Positions 9,148 to 18,900 of a stretch of 25,524 bases of DNA are shown in pieces. Below the pieces are notes generated by a model that was not told where the DNA came from, did no database searches, and saw only the letters and a program-made list of their open reading frames with translations. The DNA is from a virus (taxonomy: Duplodnaviria; Caudoviricetes). How positions within the stretch are numbered: the stretch's first letter is position 1; each line of letters opens with the position of its first letter. The position numbers were made by a program, and so were the translations under genes. The stretch lies in IMG/VR virus record IMGVR_UViG_3300037722_000081, positions 1 to 25,524 of that record; one strand, 5' to 3'.

Positions 9148-9468
9148 ATGAAGCCGGGCCGCATGGATCGAATAATCGAGATACAGCGGGCAACGGTATC
9201 ACAGGACGCCTATGGCGAGGAAATACAGACATGGGCTAAAGTCGATGAGTATTGGGCTGAGAGGATAGACCTAAAGGGATCTGAGCGTTTCACAGCTATG
9301 CAGACTGCGGCGAATATAACCGCGATATACCGAGTTCGGTGGCACGCTGGTCTTACCGCAGAGGATAGACTGATAGATCAGGATAGCAGGGAGTACGACA
9401 TAAAGGCAGTTATAGAGATTGGGCGGCGTCAGGGATTTGATATTTATGTTTCTGCGAGGGCTGAGTAA
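9148..9468 (+). CDS. Head closure / head-tail joining protein (SPP1 gp16-like)
   Basis: GRMDRIIEIQR..QDAYGE..W....WA....G.E and YDIKAV motifs; expected position. Confidence 0.88.
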   Translation: MKPGRMDRIIEIQRATVSQDAYGEEIQTWAKVDEYWAERIDLKGSERFTAMQTAANITAIYRVRWHAGLTAEDRLIDQDSREYDIKAVIEIGRRQGFDIYVSARAE

Positions 9469-9962
9469 TGGCAAAAGCATTTTCATTTGCTGTGGACTTT
9501 AGCGAGATTGACAAAATGCTTGCGCAGTTGCCAAAGTCAATGAGCAAAACAGTAATGCGCAACGCCCTAAAAAAGTCTGCTAAGCCGATTAAACAGGCAG
9601 CTGAAAGCGCCGCGCCTGAGGATGACGGCGTACTGAAAAAGAGTTTTAAAATATCTCCAAAGCGTGCAGGTCGTAGGCCGAGATCAAAGAATGGTGTTTA
9701 TATATTTGTCGGATCAACAGCGCCACACGCCTGGCTTGTTGAGCATGGCAGCGGACCACGTGCGCATGAAAGTGGAAAGAGCACTGGGCAGATGCCGGCG
9801 AATCCATTTTTCAGAAATGCTTGGGATGCCAATAAAAACGAGTCGCTGAAAATATTGACAAAAGAGATAGAGGCCGAGCTATTGAAAGCAGCCAAACGGC
9901 TAAGCACACGCGCACAGAGCGGCAAGCTAGGCAAGGCAGCAACCAAGGCGTTGCTTAAATGA
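9468..9962 (+). CDS. HK97 gp10-like tail completion protein
   Basis: APEDDGVLKKS, AWLVEHG and MPANPFFRNAWD motifs. Confidence 0.85.
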   Translation: MAKAFSFAVDFSEIDKMLAQLPKSMSKTVMRNALKKSAKPIKQAAESAAPEDDGVLKKSFKISPKRAGRRPRSKNGVYIFVGSTAPHAWLVEHGSGPRAHESGKSTGQMPANPFFRNAWDANKNESLKILTKEIEAELLKAAKRLSTRAQSGKLGKAATKALLK

Positions 9963-10351
9963 TCGAGGCAGCAGTAAGGGCCGTATTGATAGCGAACGCT
10001 GGAGTTACTGCTTTAGTAGGTACTCGGGTATACGTTGGAATTCTGCCTCAAGATCCTACATATCCGGCGCTGACGATACAGCCTATTAGCTATAACGCAG
10101 ACAATCATTTGACTGATGCCGGAGACATGCAGTGGGACAGATTGCAGATAGACGCTTGGGGTGAGACGTATGCAGCAACGCATCAGCTTTATAAGGCTGC
10201 GATTGACGCGATTAATGGAAATGCTTTTTCTGGCACAGGGTATCGGATCGGATCGGTAACCGTGCAAGTGGGCGGCGGATACCGATATGAGGAATCCGTA
10301 AAAATACACCGGCGCCATTTTGATGTCGGAATATGGTTTGAACTAACGTAG
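9959..10351 (+). CDS. Tail terminator (DUF3168-like)
   Basis: LVGTRVY...PQ..YP and RLQIDAW motifs; lies before the tail tube gene. Confidence 0.8.
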   Translation: MIEAAVRAVLIANAGVTALVGTRVYVGILPQDPTYPALTIQPISYNADNHLTDAGDMQWDRLQIDAWGETYAATHQLYKAAIDAINGNAFSGTGYRIGSVTVQVGGGYRYEESVKIHRRHFDVGIWFELT

Positions 10352-10363
10352 AGGAAAATTAAA

Positions 10364-11002
10364 ATGGCAATTGAATCGCAGGGCACAACCCTTGAAATCG
10401 AAACCGGTACCGGAGGTGCTGTAACTATTACAGATATTTCTGTTGGATATCCTACAATCTTGACTGCTGTCGCTCACGGGCTGACTGCTGGCGACGTGGT
10501 GGCGCTTGCTGATTTTGCTGGCGCGGATGCTGCCACTCTGAACGGAGAGAGCGCGGTAGTTCAGTTTGTAACTACCGATACTTTCGCTGTTAGGATCGAC
10601 ACAACCGGTGATACGATCACCGATAATACTGACGCTGCCACCGCGACGCCGGCATCCTATACAGCAATCGGGGAGGTGATTGATTTTGATGGTCCAGGTG
10701 GATCAGCATCGGTGATTGACACTACTCATCTGACGTCTACCGCAAAAGAGAAGATGATCGGACTGGCAGATGAAGGGCAATTCACGTTCTCGTTGAATGC
10801 CGCTTTTGATAACGCCGGACAATCTGCATTCAGAACGTCAAGGACTGCACGCACTCGCAAGCATTACAAGGTCACTTACTCTGATGCCACGGTGCAGATG
10901 TTTTACGGGTACGCGATGGCGTTTTCCACTAGCGGTGGAGTTGATGACAAAGTGAATGCGTCCGCAACCATCGAGATCGACGGAGCGGCAACCACGGCAT
11001 GA
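10364..11002 (+). CDS. Major tail tube protein with an inserted small beta domain
   Basis: SQGTTLEI, IGEVIDFDGPGG, IDTTHL, GLADEG and GGVD motifs of lambda-like tail tubes. Insertion at roughly 10412-10651. Confidence 0.88.
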   Translation: MAIESQGTTLEIETGTGGAVTITDISVGYPTILTAVAHGLTAGDVVALADFAGADAATLNGESAVVQFVTTDTFAVRIDTTGDTITDNTDAATATPASYTAIGEVIDFDGPGGSASVIDTTHLTSTAKEKMIGLADEGQFTFSLNAAFDNAGQSAFRTSRTARTRKHYKVTYSDATVQMFYGYAMAFSTSGGVDDKVNASATIEIDGAATTA

Positions 11003-11358
11003 ATCCCATAACCGGTCTTGCAGAGGTCGATATCTGCGGCGAGAAATACTCAATCCGATTTGATTGGGAAGCTCTTGCCGCAGTGACGGCAGAGCATGGG
11101 GACGCGCCTAACCTGTTCTTGCCTGAGATCGTGGCCAGTGTTGCGTCTATCGGCATGCGCAAACACCATCCTGATATGACTGCCGAAAAGATACGCGAAC
11201 TGTCGCCTCCTCTGATCCCGTTCGCACATGCAGTGCAACAGGCTTTACAGTGGGCGTACTTCGGGGCCGAGGCTCTGCCAGAAGATGAAGGACAAAAAAA
11301 AAGCCCTCAGAAGGGTGGGTGGTGGCAGCGTATCAGGCGGCTGTTCGAGAAGGGATAG
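10999..11358 (+). CDS. Tail assembly chaperone (gpG-like)
   Basis: Lies between tube and tape measure and contains an A9 slippery run at 11294-11302. Confidence 0.8.
   Translation: MNPITGLAEVDICGEKYSIRFDWEALAAVTAEHGDAPNLFLPEIVASVASIGMRKHHPDMTAEKIRELSPPLIPFAHAVQQALQWAYFGAEALPEDEGQKKSPQKGGWWQRIRRLFEKG
11293..11303 (+). promoter_or_regulatory. Programmed -1 ribosomal frameshift site
   Basis: CAA AAA AAA AG gives an A AAA AAA heptamer in the chaperone frame. The -1 frame stays open to 11564. Confidence 0.8.
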
Positions 11359-11564
11359 ACCCGTTAGCGTTCTGGGAGTTGACGCCATACCAGGCAAGGA
11401 TAGCGATGGTAGGGCTGAGGGATGGGCGCACAACGCTTGCATGGCAAATTGCCGCGCTTAGCAGACAGAAGAGATTGCAAAACCTGGAGCAGCTAATGAC
11501 CAAGAAACGAAAGAATGTTGGCACGGATCTAAAAGCGGCTCTTAAGGGGTTTGGAAATGCCTGA
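11301..11564 (+). CDS. Tail chaperone frameshift extension (gpT-like part of gpGT)
   Basis: The -1 frame encodes GIDPLAFWELTPYQ, the P..FW.LTP motif typical of gpGT extensions. Confidence 0.78.
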   Translation, partial: KPSEGWVVAAYQAAVREGIDPLAFWELTPYQARIAMVGLRDGRTTLAWQIAALSRQKRLQNLEQLMTKKRKNVGTDLKAALKGFGNA

Positions 11565-13647
11565 AATTGGACACCTCCGCGCCGCACTAAGCGCAAACTC
11601 AGCGGCTTTTGAAGCAGATATGAAGAAGGCAAGGAATGCCGTGCGCTCTAATGCAAAGGGCATGGAAAGGGCGATGGAGAGCGTTGGTAAGAAGTTTGAC
11701 GATGGAATAAAAAAACTTAACAAATATGGTGGGACAGCCGCCGCCGCCGCCGCCGCTGGGTTTGTTGCTTTAATAAAGAGTCAAATCAATGCGGCAGACG
11801 CCATAGGGAAGTTGGGTGCACAGACAGGCACGACGTCAGAATACTTGTCAAGCATGCAGTTTGTAGCTGAGCAGTCCGGCATAACGCTTGAGACTGTAGG
11901 TAAAGCAGCGCAGCGCATGGCAAAAAACATGGATGACGCCCGTCGCGGAGTTATTGAAGCAAAAGAAGCATTTGCAGTGATGGATATCGCGTACCAGGAT
12001 GGCAACGGAACACTGCGCGACACCGAGGAGGTTATAAACGAGATTGCCGATAAATTTTCCAAGCTAGAGAACGGCGCAGAAAAAACAGCCCTTGCTGTAA
12101 AAGTGTTTGGGAAATCAGGTGCAGAACTGATTAACATGCTTAACCTTGGTAGCACTGGTATAGAGGGGCTGCAGAAAAAGGCTGAAGAAATGGGCCTTGT
12201 GATCAGCACAGAGACAGCCATGCAGGCGGCTTTTTTCAACGATCAAATGAACGAGTTGAAAAATACAGGGGTAGGTTTTGGGCGCACTCTCGCCATGGAT
12301 ATGATCCCTGGATTAATAGATGCAACAGCAGCCATTAAGTTGGCATACAAAGAGGCCGGTTTCGGCACTGCCGCATTTATCGCATTAGGTGCCGCTGCAT
12401 CTGCTATTGTTACTAAATCAACTACAGCCAAAATCAATGAAATAGATAGTCAAATAAATGGACTTAAAGATACCACGCTAGGATTTTATAAAGAAGTCTC
12501 TGAGGTTTCGCCGCTACTTACTAAAATAGGGTTTCACACTGACCCAGAAGGAGAGATAGAACGGCTGTTAGGCGAGAGGAAAAAATTAGCAGATCAGCTT
12601 GCTGAAGAAGAGGCATCACTCAAAAAGCGTCAGGAAGACGCGCTAAAGCGACAGGCCGAGGAAGCAGAATCACGACGCGAGGCAACAGAAAAACTTCGTG
12701 CTTCGTTTGAAGAGCGTATGCGAATGCAGGCCGAAGAGAAAAAGGCAGAGATGGAGAAGGACGCCGCTAATCGCAAAATATTACAGACAGAGGAACAGCG
12801 AAAACAATCAATATCAGACACCATAGAAGGTCTGGAAAAAGAACTGTCTGTATTGGGAATGACAAAGGCACAGCTTGTTGATTATGAGTTATCACTCCTA
12901 AAAGCGACCCCTGCACAAAGAGCATTTGCTGCAAGCCTGGCCGAAGAAGCAGAAGAAAAACAACGCGCACTAGATCTGAATGAAAAATATAAAAGCGACC
13001 TTGACAGGATTGGAGATTCTCTTGCGGAGCTTAAAAGGCTTTATGATCAAGGACTGATTTCGCTTGATGTATACACATCTGCCCAGGCTGATGTTTGGGG
13101 CATGGTGGCCGATAAGTCAGAAAAAACCATTGACGAAATGGCCGAGTTCCAAAAGGCTGCAGCGCAGAACATGCAAGACGCATTCGCGCAATTTCTGTTC
13201 AACCCGTTCGACCAGGGAATTGACGGCATGCTATCCAGTTTTGTAACAACCATCCACAAGATGGCGTCAGAACTGCTCGCACAAAAAGCATTGATGGCGC
13301 TATTCGGTGCTGACTTCGGTGGCGGTGGCAATATTGGCGGGTTTATCGGAGGTCTGCTTGGTTCTGGTAAAGCAATCGGCGGGCCAGTAAGTTCAGGTAT
13401 GATATACCCAGTCAATGAGCGCGGGCCAGAACTTCTTAATTTAGGAAGCCAGCAATTCCTAATGATGGGCAATCAGAGCGGATCTGTCACACCAAATAAC
13501 CAGATCGGGAATAGTGCGTCTGGAGAAACAAATATCCGCGTTATCAACGTGACAGACCCGTCAATGGTTGCTGATTTCATGTCGTCACCTGATGGAGATA
13601 GGGTATTTATTAATATGCTGTCGCGTCACGGTATACAGCCCGGATGA
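11557..13647 (+). CDS. Tape measure protein
   Basis: About 696 aa, Ala-rich helical/coiled-coil, N-terminal IGHLRAALSANSAAF and C-terminal A.GGPV...Y.VNERGPEL. ATG 11557 follows AAGGGG. Confidence 0.92.
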   Translation: MPEIGHLRAALSANSAAFEADMKKARNAVRSNAKGMERAMESVGKKFDDGIKKLNKYGGTAAAAAAAGFVALIKSQINAADAIGKLGAQTGTTSEYLSSMQFVAEQSGITLETVGKAAQRMAKNMDDARRGVIEAKEAFAVMDIAYQDGNGTLRDTEEVINEIADKFSKLENGAEKTALAVKVFGKSGAELINMLNLGSTGIEGLQKKAEEMGLVISTETAMQAAFFNDQMNELKNTGVGFGRTLAMDMIPGLIDATAAIKLAYKEAGFGTAAFIALGAAASAIVTKSTTAKINEIDSQINGLKDTTLGFYKEVSEVSPLLTKIGFHTDPEGEIERLLGERKKLADQLAEEEASLKKRQEDALKRQAEEAESRREATEKLRASFEERMRMQAEEKKAEMEKDAANRKILQTEEQRKQSISDTIEGLEKELSVLGMTKAQLVDYELSLLKATPAQRAFAASLAEEAEEKQRALDLNEKYKSDLDRIGDSLAELKRLYDQGLISLDVYTSAQADVWGMVADKSEKTIDEMAEFQKAAAQNMQDAFAQFLFNPFDQGIDGMLSSFVTTIHKMASELLAQKALMALFGADFGGGGNIGGFIGGLLGSGKAIGGPVSSGMIYPVNERGPELLNLGSQQFLMMGNQSGSVTPNNQIGNSASGETNIRVINVTDPSMVADFMSSPDGDRVFINMLSRHGIQPG

Positions 13648-14801
13648 AAGAGACAACCACCTATTTCGGTGAGGTTGAGTTAATACCACATCCAGCCACA
13701 GAACCAATGACCGAATCATTGGAATGGCTGACCGATCTACTCACATCTATTGATGGTACTGATACTGCAACACAGATTCGAGTCGCACCCAGGCAATCAT
13801 TTTCATTCGGAGTCGTAGTTGATGACCCAGCTGCCTATGTCAATGAGGCATATCGCAGCGCAGACGATCAATGGGCTGTGCCTGTTTGGTATGAGGCTCA
13901 GCAGGCTGGGTATGATATTTCTGGCGGCTGGGATCTTAATTGGAATCAGGATTGGGATGGAAGGGCAATAATAGTAATAGACGAAACTCTAGGCGATTTC
14001 AGGGACGAGTCTCTTGCCATTGTTTGGAAAAGCGCAACAAATTACAGGCTGCTAGATGTAAAGTCCGTTGAATCTGGCAGATTGGTTCTCGCGGACTCAT
14101 CGGACGAGAGATACAACGGGCTGCTGATGCCTGTGCGTGTTGGACGAGCAAGGGTAACCAGGGATGCCAACGCAGCGCTGGCTAATATTTCGGTGTCATT
14201 TAATGCAGACGACAACGCCGCGATAACAGTATCAGCGCCATCACAATATCTGTCGGACGATATATTTACGGATGAGCCATTGCTTTCGAGCGAATACCTC
14301 ACGGATGAATATCAAACACGAATGGATTTGATAGACAATACTACTGGAGTTATATCCACATATACGCCGTGGACTAATAACCGTATTGTTCGACAGCATA
14401 GAACTGTCAGACATGGCCTATCTGACGGCCGTGATTTGCGCGAATTACTGCACCGGAGAGCCGGACGGTATCGCCCATTCTGGATGACACATCACGAAAA
14501 TAATTTGGTCGCGGTCGCGGTTGGAACTGGAACGCTTGATGTGACTGGTTATGACGAAAGCCGTACTCATATTTCTGTTCTGGCAAATGGATCGCATCTA
14601 TACAGAGCGATAACCAGCACGTCAGACGAGGGTGGCGGAGTTACCCGGCTGAACATAACCGATCTTGGTGTGACGCTTGGCGAGATCGATAGTGTATCCT
14701 ATCTCGGATTATGGCGTCTTGCTGCCGACAGGGTAGAGATATCCCACCAGGCTGGCGGCATTGCCATATCAACCATTCCGATTGTTGAGGTGACACCGTG
14801 A
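13644..14801 (+). CDS. Tail tip / distal tail-like structural protein
   Basis: Follows the tape measure. E.LEWLTD, R..PRQSF, PVW and GRYRPFW motifs are typical of the gene preceding DUF2163 in this tail type. Confidence 0.7.
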   Translation: MKETTTYFGEVELIPHPATEPMTESLEWLTDLLTSIDGTDTATQIRVAPRQSFSFGVVVDDPAAYVNEAYRSADDQWAVPVWYEAQQAGYDISGGWDLNWNQDWDGRAIIVIDETLGDFRDESLAIVWKSATNYRLLDVKSVESGRLVLADSSDERYNGLLMPVRVGRARVTRDANAALANISVSFNADDNAAITVSAPSQYLSDDIFTDEPLLSSEYLTDEYQTRMDLIDNTTGVISTYTPWTNNRIVRQHRTVRHGLSDGRDLRELLHRRAGRYRPFWMTHHENNLVAVAVGTGTLDVTGYDESRTHISVLANGSHLYRAITSTSDEGGGVTRLNITDLGVTLGEIDSVSYLGLWRLAADRVEISHQAGGIAISTIPIVEVTP

Positions 14802-15547
14802 TTGAGCTATATCATTTTTCATCTGACACGCAGGATCTGTATTACACATCCTCAACCATTGCCGTCACGTTTGGCGGTAACGTATATACGCCTATTTCCA
14901 TCTCTCGCGGCGATGACCTTCAGACGCGAGACCTCAATAAATCAACAATGTCCCTTGATACGACGCTGGCAATAGCATTGCCCTACGTAAAAGACAGGCA
15001 CGAATACGTTACATCTGTGACCATTTATCAGGAGGATGCAGGATCATATAGCGCGATCTGGAAGGGGCGCGTGGTTAAGGCGTCATTGTCTGATGGGCGT
15101 GGAAAAATCGACTGCGAAAAGGTGTTCACCAAGTTCAAATTTTACGGGTTGCGAGAAAGGCAGATGCGGCAATGCCGGTTCGCACTGTACAAGCGCGGAT
15201 GCAATTTAAACCATGATGATTTCGCCATTGCCGGCACAGTATCTGATATAACTGGCAACACCGTAACCGTATCAGCCGCATCAGGATACGATGATGGCGA
15301 GTTTATCGGTGGAATGATAAAGCCGCCGTCAGGCATATTCCGATACATTGCAAATCACGTCGGCAGTGTCTTGACACTTATGGAGCCTATAGACGGTCTA
15401 TCTGTCAGCGACGCGGTTACTATTTATCCTGGCTGTGACCGGTCGCGCTCTCGATGCAATACGCGATTTGACAACCTGGACAACAACGGCGGGTTCTATT
15501 GGATCCCTACAAAAAATGTGCTTACCGGCACATCGTCAATATTGTGA
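14798..15547 (+). CDS. DUF2163/BR0599-family tail tip protein (gpL-like, putative Fe-S)
   Basis: CRFALY..GC and the C-terminal PGCDRS..RC..RFDNLDN.GGF.WIP cysteine motif. Confidence 0.85.
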   Translation: MIELYHFSSDTQDLYYTSSTIAVTFGGNVYTPISISRGDDLQTRDLNKSTMSLDTTLAIALPYVKDRHEYVTSVTIYQEDAGSYSAIWKGRVVKASLSDGRGKIDCEKVFTKFKFYGLRERQMRQCRFALYKRGCNLNHDDFAIAGTVSDITGNTVTVSAASGYDDGEFIGGMIKPPSGIFRYIANHVGSVLTLMEPIDGLSVSDAVTIYPGCDRSRSRCNTRFDNLDNNGGFYWIPTKNVLTGTSSIL

Positions 15548-15556
15548 GAATTAGCC

Positions 15557-15790
15557 ATGTGGCCACAAATAGGAATATGGGTTGCGACGTCGGTACTCGG
15601 TTATTTATTTAGGCCGAAGCCGCCAGGGCCTCCTCCACCTGCAAATCTGGCAGACATAAAAGTCCCGACCGCAGAGGAGGGAAGGGAAATCGGGGTGCTG
15701 TTTGGTACGCGGGATATATCTACACAAAATTGCGTATGGCACGGCGATTTGAAGGTAACGCCCATCCGCAAAAAAGGCGGGAAAAAGTGA
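15557..15790 (+). CDS. Small tail assembly protein
   Basis: PTAEEGREIGVLFGT...N.VWHGD...PIRKKGGKK, a conserved small gene of this tail module. Confidence 0.75.
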   Translation: MWPQIGIWVATSVLGYLFRPKPPGPPPPANLADIKVPTAEEGREIGVLFGTRDISTQNCVWHGDLKVTPIRKKGGKK

Positions 15791-15978
15791 ACGATAATGT
15801 AACAATCAACGATGTGCTGAAGGCGAAAGGGTGCGCTCGCGGTGCGTTGAGATTTTGCCGACGCCATGGCCTCGATGAGAAACGTTTTTTTTCTACCGGT
15901 CTGCCAATATCAGAGTTAGAACACATTAATGACGCGATGCTAAAAGCAGTTATCGAGGTAGCCCGTGGGCGGGAGTAA
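15787..15978 (+). CDS. Small tail-module protein
   Basis: GTG start overlapping the previous stop. C.RG...F..RHGLD...F...G motif conserved in this tail module. Confidence 0.7.
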   Translation: MNDNVTINDVLKAKGCARGALRFCRRHGLDEKRFFSTGLPISELEHINDAMLKAVIEVARGRE

Positions 15979-18900
15979 AAAACAAACTATTGGATACAAG
16001 TACAGCCTAGGGATACATACAGTATCTCTAAAGGGGCCTGTCGACGCCCTGAAAAGAATCACCTTTGCGGGTGATAAAGTCGTGTATTCAGGAAGCGCAA
16101 TAGATGAGCAGATATCGATAAATAAGCCGGACGCATTTGGCGGAGAATCGAAGGAGGGCGGAGTTGTTGGGTCTATTGATGTGCTTTCTGGAGGGCCTAC
16201 GCAAACGAAAAACGACTACCTACAGTCGCAATTTGGAACAGACATACCGGCATTTAGAGGAGTTGCAGGACTTGTATTTCGGCAGGTACAGCTATCCAAT
16301 CACGCATATCTAAAGCCGTGGGTGGAGCGGTGGCAGAGGATACACGTTAGGCAGGATGGGATCGCTCAGTGGTATGACGCAAAGTCTGAAATAATAACCT
16401 CAAAATACAGCTTCGGATATGACGACGTATGGAAATATAAAGTCGTGTCGGCGGCGGAGGGCGGTTCATCGGGTGTGCCGTCCGAATATATCAGCCCATC
16501 GTACGATGATACGGCGTGGAGCACCGGAAACGGTGGTTTCGGAAGTGGCGGGCCTGGAGCGGGGTTGGGAGTTGGGACATTCGTCGCAGCCGGCGAAGTT
16601 GGGAAGGGCATCTGGCTGAGGAAGCAGATTGATGTTGACGTCCCTCAGTACGTCGGGGATATCACGCTGGACATATGGCACGATGACGGGGTTTGGATTT
16701 GGTGGAATGGAACGCCGGTAGCGGTTACACAAGACCCCTCACAATATTTTCATAGCACGGCAACTATTCCTGTTGGGGACATAACTCAGTCAAATGTCAT
16801 TGTTATGCAGGTTCTGGACTCAGTTCCTGACGGCTCTCCGTCACATATCTATGCTGGAATGGATATTCTTTCAGATGGCATAGGCCACTCAGATATGAAC
16901 CCTGCCCACATAATCCGTGAGTGCATTACAGACCCAGATTGGGGAAGCCGTCACCCTGAATCTGATTGTGATGACGCAGATTGGACGCCTGTCGCGGACG
17001 CCCTTTACGCCGAAGAATTCGGACTTTCGTATTTCTGGGACAATCCAAACGAAACAAACGATGATCTTAAAGAGGAGATATTACGACACATAGATGCCAC
17101 GCTTTATGTGTCGCGCAGCACAGGAAAATTCATATTGAAATTAATCCGAGATGATTACGACGAAGGGTCGCTTGTCACGATTGATGAATCAAATATAGCT
17201 AGGGTAGAAAATTACGCAAGGCCATCATTTGGCGAGCTGACCAACACCGTTACAGTCAGATACTGGGATGCGTATACAGGAAATCAGGGCGCTGTAACTG
17301 TTGATAATCCTGCTCTTGTGCAAATGCAGGGCGGAGTTAATGCGGTAACAATAGATTATCCCTCAATAACCAATAAATCACTCGCTGTCAGGGTTGCTCT
17401 GCGTGATCTCAGGGCATTATCAACGGACTTGGTTACATGTACGATCTATGCAAACAGCGCAGCAAAATCCATTAATCCAGGCGACGCATTTAAATTTGAG
17501 TTTGCAGATTACCATGACGGCTATCTGATAATGAGAGCAGATAAAATCGCGTACGGTGACGGGCGCAGTGACAGGGTTCGTATCGAGTGTGTGCAGGATG
17601 TTTTTTCAATCTCTACAATACAATCTGTGTCGTCAAATGATACAGAATGGACCGACCCATCCCAGACGCCTGATCCAGCTACATATCGTATAGTTGAGGA
17701 AGCGCCGTATTACGAACTTGTGCAGAGGTTGGGAGAGTCACAGACAGAGGCGCTATTAACAGATAACGAATTTGCAGGATTCCTTGTTGCAACTGCTGCA
17801 AACCCTGGTTCTGCAATTAACGCGATTCTGAACGTCGACGCTGGTTCAGGATATGAAGATTTTGGAGTAGTAGAATTTAGCCCATATGCGTTCCTGGATG
17901 GCGACCTAGCGCAAGAGGCTGGACCGTCAACTTTTTCAATAACTGGCGCTGTCGATGTTGATGATGTAGTTGTCGGAACACACGTTCAGATTGGCTCTGA
18001 GTTGATGCGAGTCGATGCCGTATCATCCACATCAATTACCGCTGGACGCGGTGTGCTAGATACTGTACCTAATGCGCACACAGATGGCGATGTCGTTATA
18101 TTTTGGGATGAATACGCAGGATCGAATGAAGTAGAGTATGGATCAAGCGCGTCTGTCGATGTTAAATTGCTGACGTCATCAGGCGCTGGTACTGTAGATA
18201 TTTCGGCTGCTACCGCAGACACGGTTACTTTTGACCAGAGGGCATATCGCCCATATCCTCCGGGAAACGTGAAAATCAATACCGACGCATATCCTGAGGC
18301 GATAGGCGGATCTGATGCGCTTACAGTATCGTGGTCTCATAGGGACAGGCAGCTCCAGACAGCCGGCACGCTACAAGACACAACGGAAACGGATATTGGT
18401 CCCGAAACCGGCACAACATATACACTCAGGATCTACGGAGAGACTGACACGCTGATCAGGACCTATACGGGACTCACTGGTGCGAGCCAGGAATATCCCG
18501 TAGAAACTGAAAAAACAGATTCAGAAATACCGTCAGATACTCCAGGCGATGAAGATTTTGATAGTGTTTCTTCTCTTCTACACATGGATGACACGGATGG
18601 CAGCGCCACGTTTACCGACGTCACTGGAAAAACGTGGACTACGACGGGCAATGCGCAAATTGATACTGATCAATCAAAATTTGGCGGTTCATCGGGTCTG
18701 TTTGATGGCAATGGAGATTATATAACCAGCCCATCGAGTGATGACTTTGGATTCGGGGCAGGAGATTTTACAGTAGAGGGATGGTTCAGGCCGACGAGTT
18801 GGAATACCAACGGATTTCTCGCGGATTTCCGGCTAAATGCTGGCAATTCATTCATGGTCTGGTGTAGCCAGAGCGGGCAGCTAAATCGGCTAGGGTATTC

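Noticed and set aside
11737-11757. (GCC)n run in the tape measure gene
   Set aside because: An in-frame poly-Ala stretch typical of tape measures, with no sign of phase variation.
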